From assembly GCA_026023565.1 (NCBI GenBank), contig JAPETS010000002.1:992001-1056000 (forward strand): a stretch of DNA of 64,000 bases, read 5' to 3'. This document shows positions 38,334 through 52,111 of this stretch, piece after piece (within the stretch, counting starts at the first letter, position 1; the number at the start of each line of letters is the position of its first letter). A program made the translations under genes and the position numbers. The notes beneath the pieces were generated by a model, which did no database searches, was not told the origin of the DNA, and saw only the letters and a list, made by a program, of their open reading frames with translations. This DNA comes from Cirrosporium novae-zelandiae. Taxonomy: Eukaryota.

Positions 38334-41300
38334 GATGTGTGGAACTTTGTAAAAGAAAAATGCTAGGAGCGAATGAAGAGGAGCGAACGTCGTAGCCTTG
38401 CCTTACGGCGGCAGGGAGTAAGGAAGTTTTATCAACAACTCGACACAGATAAAAAGACTCAGCTACGAGCCAAAATAGAACAGCAAATCACCGCCAGCAG
38501 AGAGAGGTTCAACTTTGGAATACAATACGTGAGAACTTTGGTTCCCCGAGATTGATCTTATAGCAGTCTAGTTAGCTGCAGCCAGGAGGTAATAACAACC
38601 CTCGAGGTCAATGAGCGAGCATTTCGCAAGCAAACAAATATATCGGATGACTCCTTTGTCTAGGGTGATAGCGCTCGAGTCTCTTTCTTCGAGGGAATCA
38701 TCATGCATTTTCCACTCTGTTGGGACGACATCGATACACCCTTGAAGGAGGTCCTTGGTTGCTAGGTTTTTTTGAGGCTCTCACATCCTGAAATCGTAAG
38801 CATTCCTGTGCGATAATCACTCCTTCCAGCGAAGGATGCCCTTCCACCCTTTCACATTTGCTAACCTATTGAGCACGAGACCGATTAATCTGCAGGTTTA
38901 CCTTTGCCCTTCCCACGTGGGATACATATGTCAAACGGCCGGTTTCTTTGAATCCGTGACCCTTTTTGCGTACTGGGTATGAATTGAGATACCCTTTGAT
39001 TCACCCTTTTTCTCAATACGTCACGGCCAACTGCGACCATTACCCTTGATAGAAGGCGCTGTGTCACACTTCGCGGCTGTTTGCTACCTTTGCTTCCGCC
39101 TTTCCGCCATAGGCTGTCTTGGTCCGTGAACGTTTTTGGTGCAGCAAAGGTCAATGATCCCTGTCTCCGATCAATCGAACCATCCAATATTAAGACGAGA
39201 AGACCATATATAGACGTTCCAAAACGCTGGGGAAGTTTCTTGGCTACTAGGATTCGTTGATTTTAATTTGCCCGTACGACCTGTCAGATACAAAGTCGCA
39301 GGGTTGTAGGGTCGAGAGCAGCCGGTTGTCCATTTGTTTGCTACAGCCATGTCAAAATAATTTGACTCGGGGAATGAATTTCGAAGTTAACTAGCGAATT
39401 GTCCCTCCTTGCTTCGGCTATGTGCACAACCCGCAGAGGTCAGGGGTTAAAAGCCGTTGACAAACTAGTACATGCCAGAAGGCAGGGTTGATGACCGTGA
39501 GATGTTAATTGCATGCTATATATTGCTGAGATTAGGGGACCCCTCGAGCTCTCCCCCCTCTGGTAGGAAAGAGGAATGAGAGAAATAAATGATAAGGAAA
39601 GTGCAAGGTCTCAGATCTTAAGTTTAGTGTATGGTTGTTCGCATCTTACCAATCTCACTTAGAGTAGTTGAAATGATCGAATGATGGATCATGGGTAGAC
39701 GGGTTGTTTGTTTGTCCTACACAACGGATGATTAAAGGATTGGTGGATAGATGGGAACAGGATCCGGAATCAGCAAGGATAGGTTAGAGGCCTTGGCCAG
39801 GCGTTTTTTGCAAGACGGCGGTGAGCTCAATAGGGCAGAGACGGTTCAATTGTAAAATCCTTGTTTTCTAAAGGCTTCTTGCTGCTGTCAATGCTGAAAG
39901 TCTCCTAAAATCGGCCTCCTGCTTTTTATCTGCCAAAATTGGACCTGTCATGGGAATGTACAGTATCGTATTTGCTTCCTTTCTCCGGAGCCGTCCGTTG
40001 CAATACTCGTATGCCCAACTCGTATGCCCAACGTCACATGTGACTCAAATCTCTGTATGCAGTTGTCCTGGTGTTGAAAAGGCAATGATGGGGCTGTAGG
40101 GTAGTAGGGTGGTAGGGTAGCAGAGTGATCTGATGAAGAAGATGTGACTGCTTATTCTGTTTTAGGTAGTCGACCCACCTTTTGTGATTCTTGCGAATAC
40201 TCTGTAGTTATTCTGTTTGAAACCATGGTCGATCATCTGCAGATCGCCCCTAAAATTTCTTATCCATCTTTCACAGATTTAGATCGAGATGTGAGAAAAT
40301 CCCCCAAGCTTCTCCATCCCCCAATGACATGTCATGAATCATGATTATCTTTATCTCCTTGTTGATCTTCTGACATTTATTTGCGCCCTGGTTTTCTTTT
40401 GATATCCAGTCCTGAAACTCATCATGACATCTAGTTGATGGATCTAGTTGAGCTATCAGTCTGTGATTGCGAGGGCTCTGCGGATCTCCTGATGAAACGT
40501 CTAATTTGACCACATCGAATATTGTAAAAAGGGATAATGAGGATGTACACCAGGTTCCATTGCCTTTGATCTAATACGTTGGACAAGCAAAACGAATGGG
40601 TGGCCAAATCTCAGAGAAATGAAGGACTTTATCAGCAGTTTGGATAAGGAATCGGAGGGGTGTTTCGAAGCCGACAGAGCAGAGCAGATAGCCCAGAAAG
40701 AGGTGGGTAGCTAGCTACCTTATGAGATTAGAATTCACTTTCTATCCTGAAACAGTGTCTATTGGCTTGTAAAATTGTACAATCTGCAGTTTCCTATAGT
40801 TTAATGAATTTATTTGCAAGCCTTAACCTTTAAACATGCGATGTTGGATATTATATTCTTTGGATGTGTTTTGGTGCCGAAATATTTTGGTCTTGTATGA
40901 TAATTGTTTTTAAACCTTACAACACAACAAGCAGGTATAGAATGTAAGTAAGGCGAATTTTCATAATAAAAATTTATAAAAGCCAGCTATAGCCAAAGGA
41001 CCTTTATTCAGTCCTTGTCAGCATTGCAGGGTATAGAGGAGTAGTCTTAGAGATCAAAGTTAATGCCTAAGGCATACATTTTGCATTCTTTGCATTCTTT
41101 GCACTCTTTGCACAATGTCCTTTCTAGACGGTAATTGACTCGGATATCACCCTTTTTTTTATATTCCTCGACACCCCCCTACTGCCTATGCGTTTAGTAT
41201 TACTTTATATCGTAAGCTCGATATTTAGATCGTCGCTGTTTGCAAAATAGATATTATTGGCTACTTACTGTAGATATTTAGCTTCAATAACTTTATTTAT

Positions 41301-42577
41301 TTGCTTAGGCTGTGTTCTACACGGGCACGTGACCGGTAAGGTGGGGGCGTATTGTGTTTTGTGGAATTATATTTAAAGTTGTAATTATTTGGCATAGCCA
41401 TGTCTAACCAAGTTCCGGATTCGGAGGCATCTTTTGGCGAATTCGACTTCGGAGGGTACCTAGGTATTTAGGTGCTTTGCTTAGATGTTTGGGGGCTTGC
41501 TTAGGGGTTTACATGCTTGAACACTGCCGTGGCTTTAATGGAGAGAAGGGCTGATTTAAGGGGCTTCAAAGCAGCATGCAGCTAAAACGGTGCCCGGACA
41601 CACAAGTAGTGGGGGTGGTAGCCGGGGAATAAAAGAGTGGTAGCCTATCCGAGATCAAGTGAAAATGCAAACCAATCTCATCCACATCAGACCTTCCTTT
41701 GACGATGCCTTTCTACCCCTATTCACGAATTAACATGCAACAATTACTGACTCTAGGATTATCTATGCTTCGCCGCCGTCGAGATACTCAAACCTCTGTT
41801 TTAGAAATCTTTAAAAGCTATTATGACGCCAATTTCGGGATAAACGCCTAATGATGAGGATTAATTACTCAAGAACCCAAACCCCTGTGACAATCTTCCA
41901 TCAACTGCTACTCTATTTTATATATATGGGACTTAGTAAGGACACTCGTATTACACTTTCACTTCACAGCAGCACTATAGAGTTTTCCTTCAAGGTCTCA
42001 GTCGACATTAAAACAATCCAGAATACCTGATATGTGTCAATCTCCCAGTTGGTGGAGATTTGAAAAAGTCAATACCATTATATCCCAAGGTCTCAAACAA
42101 ATCTGCCCAATATTGAACCTCTTGTATTTTTCTTCTTCCCATCCAGTCTTCCCTAGCTACACCCCTAGTCATCTTTTTTGTATTTCTTCGGGTCTTACAA
42201 GAATGCCATTGGGGAAAAGTCGTTATATGTGCCTGAGTATTTTTCGTCTACCCGATAAATTTTTTGAATGGTAGAGGGATATGGATAAATTTTTCTTTTC
42301 AATAAAAAGACATGCATATCATTTCTTGGTGCATTTTGAAGGCGTGAAGAGGAATGAAAAACTCAACTTCTGTACTCTTATTTTCAAGGTCTACTAACAT
42401 TAAATATGTTCCTGTTGTGGAGACTCCATCGTCATTCCCTTGTTGGTGACTGTCATTGCCTCATTGATGATTATAACAATAACTATGATTTCTCGCCTTG
42501 ATTCAAACGCTAATATGTTAAATTCCAAGCTCGGTATCTAGTGCAGAGTCTCATAGTCCATTGCTTAGAAAATAGAA

Positions 42578-43988
42578 GTGATTAACCTTTTTTTGTTTTA
42601 TGCAATTGTGATCAGAATATTCGAGTCCTTGAAAGACCAGCACCCCGATTTTCCCCAAGAATTAGTAGAGGACATGCAATCAAAATCTCCAACCATCTTA
42701 AATCCCAATTCTGACCCTCCTCAAAACTTCATTTCCCATGACCCAATGAACCGTGACCGTCACACTATCCATGAGGACCAAGTCCCGAGTATCGATGAAC
42801 ATGAGGCCGGTGAAATCATTGATCGTGATCCTCATCTAACTTACAACCCTCCAAGGACTCCCAAGTCACCCCACGTTATCAGCAGAAATCTTGCAGGGCT
42901 AGGGTCAGGATTACCTCTGAGGCCTAATCCAATAGATGACTACGCCGAGATGGGACCCCCCAAAAAGTTTGAATACGACTTCCAGGACTTCAGTAGCAGC
43001 CTACGCATGCTCTATCAATACATTTTGACATACTCTTCCAAAGATTCTCCTACTCCCCTCAGCCACGATGAGAAAAAGTTTCTCTCCGAGCTTTTAATGT
43101 CATCCTCTCATACGCTTTCAAAAATTTTCCATTGGGTGAAGACCTACAGTGATAGAATCTCTAGATTCTACCTGTACTATATGCCTGCCGTTTGTAAGTC
43201 TAAACAAAGAACTCTCAATTCTGCTTTTTAGTGTAGCTGCTAATGCTTTCATTCCTTAGATGATGCGAGGTGTATGAAAGATTGGCGCGAAGTTGAGAGA
43301 TTGCAGGCCGGTGCGATTGAAGAGTTACCAGCTATAGATGAGGACAGCCTCAACTTGTTTCGTCCCATAAGGTCTCAAGTCCAAGCTATACAGCCAGAGC
43401 TTAGGAGAGTGCTTTACCTTGTCGACGGTATAATCCACGAGGGCAACGAAGTTCAACCACAAACGTCATCCTCTAATACGACTAATGCTATTCGTAAGTT
43501 TATCGAATTTATTGACTCATCTATTGCACTTTGCTATCTGGAGATCCCCTAAGCTAATTAACTCTTGAGGCCCCGAGCAAGATGACACTCTCGAGGCGAG
43601 TTACCACGAAATCCGGAAACGCGCCTTGGAATACTATGGCCTGGGTGAGCATTATAAACCTCTTCGGAATCCTCCACCCCCTAAGTCGACATCTCTATGT
43701 CTTGATCTTGGAATCGGATTCATCCCCAAGGCCCATGCTGCCAATCAGCAACCCCCTATTCCCCCAACAGTTCCAAGATGGAAGCTCTGCCTCGACGGTG
43801 GATTTGATCCTATGCGCATAAACATTGATCGGGGAGATATAAATGGTATCTATCCTGGGATGCTAGTAGAGCTGGAATTGATGAAGAGAGACATCGATGA
43901 CATCATCGCAAACTGCGAAAACGCACTCAGGTTGGGAAGTGGGCGGGAAAATCTTTGGAGGCTGTGGTATAAGGAGCTTACAACATAG
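42578..43988 (+). CDS. Hypothetical protein, at least 3 exons, 5' end unresolved
   Basis: Three ORFs are joined in frame by introns at about 43194-43259 and 43494-43569/43581, both with GTAAGT donors and GCTAAT branch points. No family recognised. Confidence 0.55.
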
Positions 43989-45325
43989 CGGGCGTAAAAT
44001 AGCTTTCGATGAAGTCACACTTTGCTTGAAACCTTTTAGGTATTTTCAAACGTTGACCGCTTTTATCCCAGGGAAGCCGTCGTTTTAGTAGAGGGCATCT
44101 ACAAATATCGGGTTGTGAATGCTATTATTTTTGATGTCATTAATAACCCTATGTTTAGGGAAGTAGCTCAACCCCATGTAGTCTATACCTTAAGAACATC
44201 TCTCTCTCTCTCGTCACCATACTTTCCCCCAATCGATTCCAGAGTTAGAATAGATAGCTGCATATATATCTATACTATGCTGCTCTCATGCCATGAACAG
44301 CTATGCTAATTAAGTACTTAAGTAGGCGTAGGCCGTAGAAAGGGAGATCTAGATGTCCTGATGTCACACATACCCCAAGGTAGTCTATATCTATATCTAT
44401 AGTAAGAGAGAGATATATATAGACTATAGCCTTGGAGATATAGGTATAGTATATAGTATTGCAAAAGTAGAGAACACCGTACACGATATATATACGACTG
44501 GATATCGAATAGAACTACTAAAGTTGGAAGTTGGAAGCTGGAAGTCTCTATCTACACTTCTACATTTTATCTAATAAAAGGATATAGGTCTCAATAACAA
44601 AACAAAACAAAACAAACAAAACAAATAGAGAGACATCTCCTCAGCTCTCTCTCTCTATCGTTGACACGCAAAAAAAAAAAAAATTAGAGTTGGGGGGTAA
44701 CTTAGTTTCTACGGCTTTTAGGGACTGAAATATGCTTGTATTGTAGTATGCTAATTAGGCATGGGTTGTTATTGTTGGGGAGTTGTTCGATCGTTCGATC
44801 CTATGGGTGATGATGATGAGGAGGAGGAGGAGGAGGAGGAGGAGGGGTTAGGTGATGGACATGTACATGTACGAAGTTGTGTGATGGATAGTATGCCACT
44901 ACTCTAGTAACAGTATAGAGGAGCTATTGAGTCGAGAGAGGGAAGAATGCAGGTACACATGTGCAAGAAGGCGGTAGAGGAGTTTTTTTTTTGCCGAGCA
45001 GATATGTCTGTCTACTGTGAATGAGAAAGAGTTTAAAAAATTGCTGCGGGTTTTGATATAGCTCATGTATTTGCTAAGTACCAAAGTATTTATAACTCTG
45101 TATGTAGGTTGGAGCTTGATACTCCCAATGCCGTGTGTCCATAACACATATAATTATAATATTTGAGCCTGAATCAGAAAACCTCCACATAATGGTACAT
45201 CCGTAGTCAAAATTCCAAATAAACCAAGTCATAGTGGTTGCCGCCCCTCCCCCTTCCATAAACGCCAAACATGAACCGAACCTAGGGAAACAGATATGAA
45301 GTAGATCCCCCTGTCAAGGTCTATT

Positions 45326-46216
45326 CTATTCCTCGTGGCCTTGCTCCTTTTCATCTCCGCTTCCTCCCTCGCTGTCTTCTTCGCTGTCATAGTCGTTGAA
45401 TTCATCCCAGTGGAATTTTTTGATTGCGGAGCTCTCGTCAGGACTTGTGGCTGGGCTTTCAGATCTTTCAGCTTCTTCTGAGGATTCGCCCGTAGCAGTA
45501 GCGTCGGCATCGGCATCGTCACTTGTCTCATCGATTTCGCTGTCATTCTCCTCTTCGGAATCCATCAGATTTTTCAGGTTGTCGGTCCAGACTCCCCTCC
45601 TCAAAGCACTTCTAACTGCTTCTCTCACTTTCGCGACTCCCTCGTCTCTGCTCTCGACCCACTTCCCCTCCACTCTGCCTTTTCCGGCTCTAATATCTTC
45701 CTCCTTCTTCTCGTAGGATTCAACCACAGCTTCTAATCTCTTTTTCCTCTCTTCTCTCGCCTTTTTCTCCATCCCCGGTTTCGTGACCATGTATTCCGCC
45801 AGCGCCTTAGCCTCCGCAATAGTGCGAATACGTCTTCCGTCTAAGTTACGGTTGGATCCGTTGTTCTCGCCTGCGCGCCCTTTACGACGCGAGGACATGC
45901 GACCACCTGCTGCTCGAAGTTGAGAGCCGAAGCCTCCTTTGCCACCACAGCATGGCACTGATAATCGAAGTGGGATGAAGCCATCGTTTGAATTTGAGAG
46001 GAGTGATTTGAGAGGGGTGGATGAAGAAGAGAGGAGTTGTTTGTTGTTTGTGGTTGTGAGAATTAGGCGATGGCATAAATTTGGAGGAAGGTGGTCGCTG
46101 AGGGTTGATGTGAGATCGGAGACGTTCGAGGAGGCAGGAAGTTGGAGGGAGAGTGTCTTTGGGAGAGAGAGGCCAGGGAAGGAAGTTAGGAGGATGTTGA
46201 TGACTGAAGACTCCAT
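45326..46216 (-). CDS. SDE2: Sde2 ubiquitin-fold splicing/genome-stability factor
   Basis: Ubiquitin-like N-domain ending LRLSVPCCGG|KGGFGSQLRAAGGRMS, then NRNLDGRRIRT; acidic tail. Confidence 0.93.
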   Translation of the reverse strand: MESSVINILLTSFPGLSLPKTLSLQLPASSNVSDLTSTLSDHLPPNLCHRLILTTTNNKQLLSSSSTPLKSLLSNSNDGFIPLRLSVPCCGGKGGFGSQLRAAGGRMSSRRKGRAGENNGSNRNLDGRRIRTIAEAKALAEYMVTKPGMEKKAREERKKRLEAVVESYEKKEEDIRAGKGRVEGKWVESRDEGVAKVREAVRSALRRGVWTDNLKNLMDSEEENDSEIDETSDDADADATATGESSEEAERSESPATSPDESSAIKKFHWDEFNDYDSEEDSEGGSGDEKEQGHEE

Positions 46217-46610
46217 GATGGTGGATGTAATGCACGTTGAGTAGAAGTTCAGAGTAGACAAATCTGCGATTCAGGAGAGACGAGTAGATTTATGTCCTTT
46301 GATTTTGGAGTTCTTTTTAAAAAATTGATTCGCTGGTAATGAAGTTGTCTATGAGAATGATGTGATGATGGAACTTTGCCTAATAAGATGAGGGTGGCCG
46401 GGTCTGTGCTTCGCTGACCGAGAACATCGGCTAAACTTTGAGCTAAACCTAGTTTGTCCACTTGCCATTATCTTACATAAGCTAGGGCTACTCTCCACAC
46501 ACAATGAATTCAAGCAAGCTTCTAATTGAACCTCACCACCAAGAGTCGGATCACCGTCAACAATCCATTTCATCCTGACATCCCAAAGGTTCCGTTAGGA
46601 AGTCGCCAAG

Positions 46611-47433
46611 ATGTGAGTACCCATGACTCTATTTCATCAGTTATTCAGAAATTATAGAAGACTTTGAACCCTAAGCCAACAAACGGCAATATTGAAGATA
46701 TATCAAGGACACTGATAAATATGAATTTACAGGCTTATTCCCAAGGCGGATCGCAAGAAGATCCATGAGTACCTCTTCCGCGGTATGCATTCTCTTTCAC
46801 AACTACAAAACTAGCAATCTAAATTCCATATCCATGGTATATATAATATATACTATGGAACACATCTCAAATTAAGCTCTTCATACTGATAATCCACGCA
46901 GAGGGTGTCCTCGTCGCAAAGAAGGACTACAATCTCCCCAAACACCAAGACATTGACACCAAAAACCTATTTGTGAGCTTTCCCCTTCAGGAAGCCTTTC
47001 CAATTTCTTCTCTCACGCTATCAACTCTCGAGCTAACACAACCACAAAGGTCATCAAAGCTTGCCAATCCCTTACCTCCCGCCAATATGTAAAGACACAA
47101 TTCTCCTGGCAATACTACTACTACACCCTTACCCCGGAAGGCCTCGACTACCTCCGTGAATGGCTTCATCTCCCGGCGGAAGTCGTCCCCGCCACGCACA
47201 TTAAGCAGCAACGCTCGCACGCCCCCCCTCGTGGGATGTTGGGTGGTGATAGTGAGAGACGCGGTGGCCGTGGTGGTCCCCGTGGTGAGAGAGGCGAAGG
47301 CGGATACAGGAGACGGGAATTCAACCGGGAAGGAGGAGAAGGCAAGGAGGGCGGTGCACCTGGAGAATTTGCGCCTAGCTTCAGGGGTGGCTTTGGAAGG
47401 GGACGTGGTGCTCCTCCCCCACCTTCTTCGTAG
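46611..47433 (+). CDS. RPS10: 40S ribosomal protein eS10, 4 exons (start codon split AT|G)
   Basis: [55 protein letters not shown] with an RGG tail. Introns 46613-46732, 46783-46901 and 46973-47049. Confidence 0.97.
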
Positions 47434-48603
47434 AGAGGATTTTGTTCTATCTGATTATCGCCCCTTCTCCTACTACTATTTCATCCTATGAGACGAACGA
47501 CCATGTTGTGATGGGATAGATCGGAGAGAAGAATTTCATGAATCTTTCATGAACGAATGGATTTGAGGAAATAAATGGGTTACGGAAACTATCAACTAAC
47601 TACTATGTGTGTAAGTTAGTTTCTAGTTTCGATCTGTGACAAACAAGGGAGAAGGTTCATGTTCTATAAAAATTCAATCACGAGACTTGCAGCACACAAG
47701 AAAACCTGAATGAAGAATTCAATCAACTCGCGGGTTCCTTTCTACATTCATTCTATTACTTGTTTTCTCTATGCCCATCCAAATCCCCTTCGAAACCCCT
47801 TTCCTCCCTGCTATCCAAGGTTCCCATTTCCATCACTTTCCTAATAGTCCCAGGCCCATCATCCACTGGGGATCTAAGAGGTAAAAGATATATACAAGAT
47901 TTCCCAAACCCTTAATCCTCTCCTTAATTCCTTTCCCTTCCTCTTCCTTCTGACTCACCTCAAACCCTAAATTCATTCCTCTCCAACCCAACAGCGAACA
48001 CCCGACCATAGTCTAGCACAAACCAACTTGGACCAACTCCGTAAAAAGGATGCCCCATATCTATTAACATATCTGTCTCATATATTCCTTTCATATTCAT
48101 ATATATTTCCTCCAAAAGAAGAGATAAAAAGAAAGAAGTCCTTTAACTTCCGAATGGGTCATTTGTCTTTGAAAGAATATATAAACCTAAGATCTATTCC
48201 ACTTGAGAAACCAATATATCAAACCCAGATTATCCGAATGAAACTTCACAATGATCGCATTATGTAGTGCTTCGGAAGAGTTATTACGAGCATTAGAAAT
48301 CAAGGACTTTTTCGGTTGGTGCCTCTGAACGGCAAGGGATAATCAGATCGACTTGAGAATGAACTATCAAAACGTCCGGACCTTCTACGGTCAGGGAGAC
48401 CAAGGTTAAAATTGAAACTTTCAGTTGAAGATATCTGGAGAAAATAATAGTATATTTCGATGGTTGAGCTTCGAGACTTGTATTCTGGTCACATGTCAAA
48501 ATTTAAGGATCCCAACAACTATCCTTAGATAATTTCGCCATCTTGAAAAGAGTCATCCTTCACAATTTCCACTCCTTACGCATTCAATTTGACCCGTTCG
48601 AAA

Positions 48604-49599
48604 ATGGCTAGACGGAAGAGAAATGCTCCCAACGCAGGTGGTGATCTCTACCCCAGCGCTATACTCAATTCTAGCTGACAAGAAGCATTTATAGATGATC
48701 TAGTTCCGAAGAGATCAAAGAAGAAGGCGAATCACAAAGATTCTGACTCCGAATATGAATCGCAAGCCATTACACCATTCAGCGATGATGATAATAATGA
48801 TCCAGGAAGGAAGAGCAGCCAGTTCGTTATCTTTCAATAGATTGACCCAATTCTGACAGTTCTAGCAGGAGAGTTCTAGCCTCTGCAAAAGCAGAGAAGA
48901 AGAACAAGGAGCAACGAGATGCACAGTTTCTAATAGATTTCGAGAAGACTCTTGAGGATGATGAATCGGAATTGCTCAGTGCGATAGAGTCTGGACATGA
49001 AAAAAGGTATTTACCTATCAAGTGATAAGATGGTACACAGCTAACAGTAGTTTAGGATTCAAGAGGAAAATATCTCCCGGGGGGAGTTTGAAAGCATAGT
49101 GAGGGCAGCGCTTCTTGATCATCTACCAGATGCAAAGGAACCAACAACAGCTACAATGTTGCTGCCAGAACGTCCTGATGTCAAAATACATCCCTTATTT
49201 TCTATATCCACCACACTTTTGAGAAGTTCGAAACAGCTACTGAGTGATTTTGCAACACTAGAAGATAGAATACTGGAAGAAAGCTCAGACACTTCTGTTG
49301 GTACACTCAGGAAATTATGGGAAGAGGATTTCACACATGCTAGAACTCTACTACAGACAGGGAAGGAATTTGCTGAAAGGCAGGTAAAAGAAATGGTGGA
49401 CTATAAAGATGAGTCTACAGAAGAGAAAGAACAAGATAATAAGACGAAGGAATTGAATAAAGAGTGGGAAGCTGTAGCAAATTTGGAAGGTGTTAAGAAA
49501 CCTGATTCGCAGCTCAAGGGTAATTGGGCACAAACCGCACATAAAATTGAAAAGGGCATCATGAGGTTGACAAGAATGATCCCAAAGGAGGAAAATTAG
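48604..49599 (+). CDS. Hypothetical charged/coiled-coil protein, about 4 exons
   Basis: MARRKRNAPNA|DDLVPKRSKKK (NLS-like). Three short GT-AG introns join in frame to the 49099-49599 ORF. Confidence 0.6.
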
Positions 49600-50006
49600 G
49601 AGCTTGTTAAATTGCTAGTCCTAGACTGAGAATTTACCACCCGACCTAGGTATAATTATGAGAAAGGTTAAGTAAAATGAATGAGTAGCCCTTGGTATTT
49701 TAATAATTGAACGCAAAACGTAATTTACGGTTAAATGGGTGAACGCTTAGGCTATCAAATGTCGACAAAAAATTAGGGCTTTGAATTTCCTGTTTGGGTC
49801 TAGTAGCCGCACTCCATAGACAAATCTTCAAATCTCTCTTCAACAACTTTTAGAGCTTCAACGCCGAATTAAGCACCAGTCGTCAACCAGCGACCAGCCA
49901 ACAAGGTAAGTAAAGTATGTGACTCTGATTTCATTCTATATTCTACTCAAGTTTTTTGTGACTATATCTTTCTCCTTGAACTATCGACTAATATATCTAT
50001 CCTCAG

Positions 50007-50793
50007 ATGGGTGCCCTCAAATACGTCGAAGAACTGCAGAAGAAGAAGCAGAGCGATGTGCTCCGCTTCTTGCTACGAGTCCGCTGCTGGGAGGTGAGAA
50101 CGACTTTCAATTAGCTATGTGCTCGTTGAACTTGCTGAGAGACTAGCTAGTTGCGTCAATTGAACGTGATTCACCGTGCATCTCGTCCCTCCCGCCCAGA
50201 CAAGGCCCGCCGCCTCGGATACAAGGCCAAGCAAGGATATGTTATCTACCGTGTCCGTGTGAGGAGAGGAGGTCGCAAGAAGCCAGTGTCCAAGGGTGCC
50301 ACATACGGTGCGTTTAATACTCAAAGATTTATTTACTTGGTCTAATAAATCATTTATATAGGAAAACCCACCAACCAGGGTGTCAACCAACTCAAGTACC
50401 AGCGATCCCTTAAATCTACTGCGGAGGAGCGTGTTGGTCGTCGCTGCGCCAACTTGCGTGTTTTGAATTCATACTGGATCAACCAAGACTCTACTTTCAA
50501 GTACTACGAAGTCATCCTTGTTGATCCTCAACACAAGGCCATCCGTCGTGATGCTAGGATCAACTGGATCTGCAACCCAGTCCACAAGGTACGAGAAATA
50601 CCAGAAAATAGGCTCGTCATACTGGACAGTTTAATACTAACTTTCCTTATAGCATCGCGAAGCTCGTGGCCTTACTGCTACTGGCAAGAAATCCCGTGGT
50701 CTTGGAAAGGGTCACAGATACAACCACACGACTGCTGGAAGAAGAAAGACCTGGAAAAAGCACAACACTCTCAGTTTGTGGAGATACCGCTGA
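50007..50793 (+). CDS. RPL15: 60S ribosomal protein eL15, 4 coding exons plus a 5'-UTR intron
   Basis: [43 protein letters not shown]. Introns 50094-50150, 50308-50361 and 50589-50652; the UTR intron ends at 50006. Confidence 0.98.
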
Positions 50794-52111
50794 TCGCATT
50801 GATGATTATTGGGGTCTGCTGGGAATGGTTACGAGATATCTGTTGTTCTGCAAAAATGCAATAAAAAAGCTCTTAGCGAATGCGCTCGATACCATTCGAA
50901 GACTAGGCTTTCGTTTTTATCCTAGGACGTTTCGGATGCAGTCAATGAACCAATCAATTGAGTCGGACAAGCTTTCAGTCCATTTAGACAACCTCGTCTA
51001 TGATTTTGTATCGCACATGCCCTTGCTCGATAAGAATTGATCGTCACGAGTCATTCAATGATACGAAATGAAATTAGTTAATGCTCTCCTTGATAACCGC
51101 ACCTCGTGTTATAGTATAGCGGCTTAGCTAGGTCAATCATGATGGTAAGAGGATTCTTTGCAGTAGGCGCAGTGTTGGATGATTAAATGCACTAGCATGA
51201 TTATTATCACGCTTTACCAGATCACATTACACTCACGGTGGGGTAACTATATCGTAAAGGACTGTCTAATTCTTTGAAAATAGAAGGTTCCTAGATTTAG
51301 TAGCAGAGTCAGAATAGTGCTGAGCTTGGCTTCGTATCCGTAATATTTGCTGCCAGGTCAATAAGATTACAGCATCACTGTCTAGATAAGAACCACAGCC
51401 GAGTTAAAAAAAAACCAGCGACATGCAGGGCTGACGAAGCAAGTCTATTGACAGAATATCCCATCCAGGATGCCGGGGAAGTATCAAAGGGACTTTGACT
51501 GGGGTAAGGGATTGGGGGTTGTTATATGGCATCATTGCGCAACCGTCGACAGGGTCAGATAGGGATTTGATTGGTGTTAAAAAAAAGTAGCTCACCTTTC
51601 ACTCACCCTGGACAGCTGGACCAGGAAATTGTAAAGGATGGACCCTGATGATCTGCAAATTCTCTCGGTAAGGGCGGCTATGGTATGGGCGTATGGGCCT
51701 GGTGCTACTTCGACATCAAGACAAGCTCAAAGGTTACTTTTTACCATGTTTATTGTTCAACTTCCAAACCCTCAAATAGAGGCAGAAGGAATCTCCATCC
51801 CCTCGCCGGTTATCTGGGAGAGTCATCGTACGTCTTTGACATTTTCCGAGTCCTTGTTTCTACATATATTTTGTTCACTATTACACATACAATTTACAAC
51901 ATTTACAATCATACAGGCCCCAAACCGGATACGAACAACCTAGTTGCCAATCACCCAACCCCATCTTCAATTCGGCAAGTGCTGTCCACCGGCGACTTCC
52001 TCCCTATTCAAGTACTGTATATAAGGCCAAACTTGATGCAAATCCATGGCAGGCGTATGTCTGCCTTTGCCCAAGCATCAGTCCTCGACTTAATTAACAT
52101 CAATTCGCCAA

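Noticed and set aside
46613..46732. snoRNAs in RPS10, RPL15, RAM1 or HUL4 introns
   Set aside because: No convincing box C plus box D pair or rRNA-complementary guide was seen.
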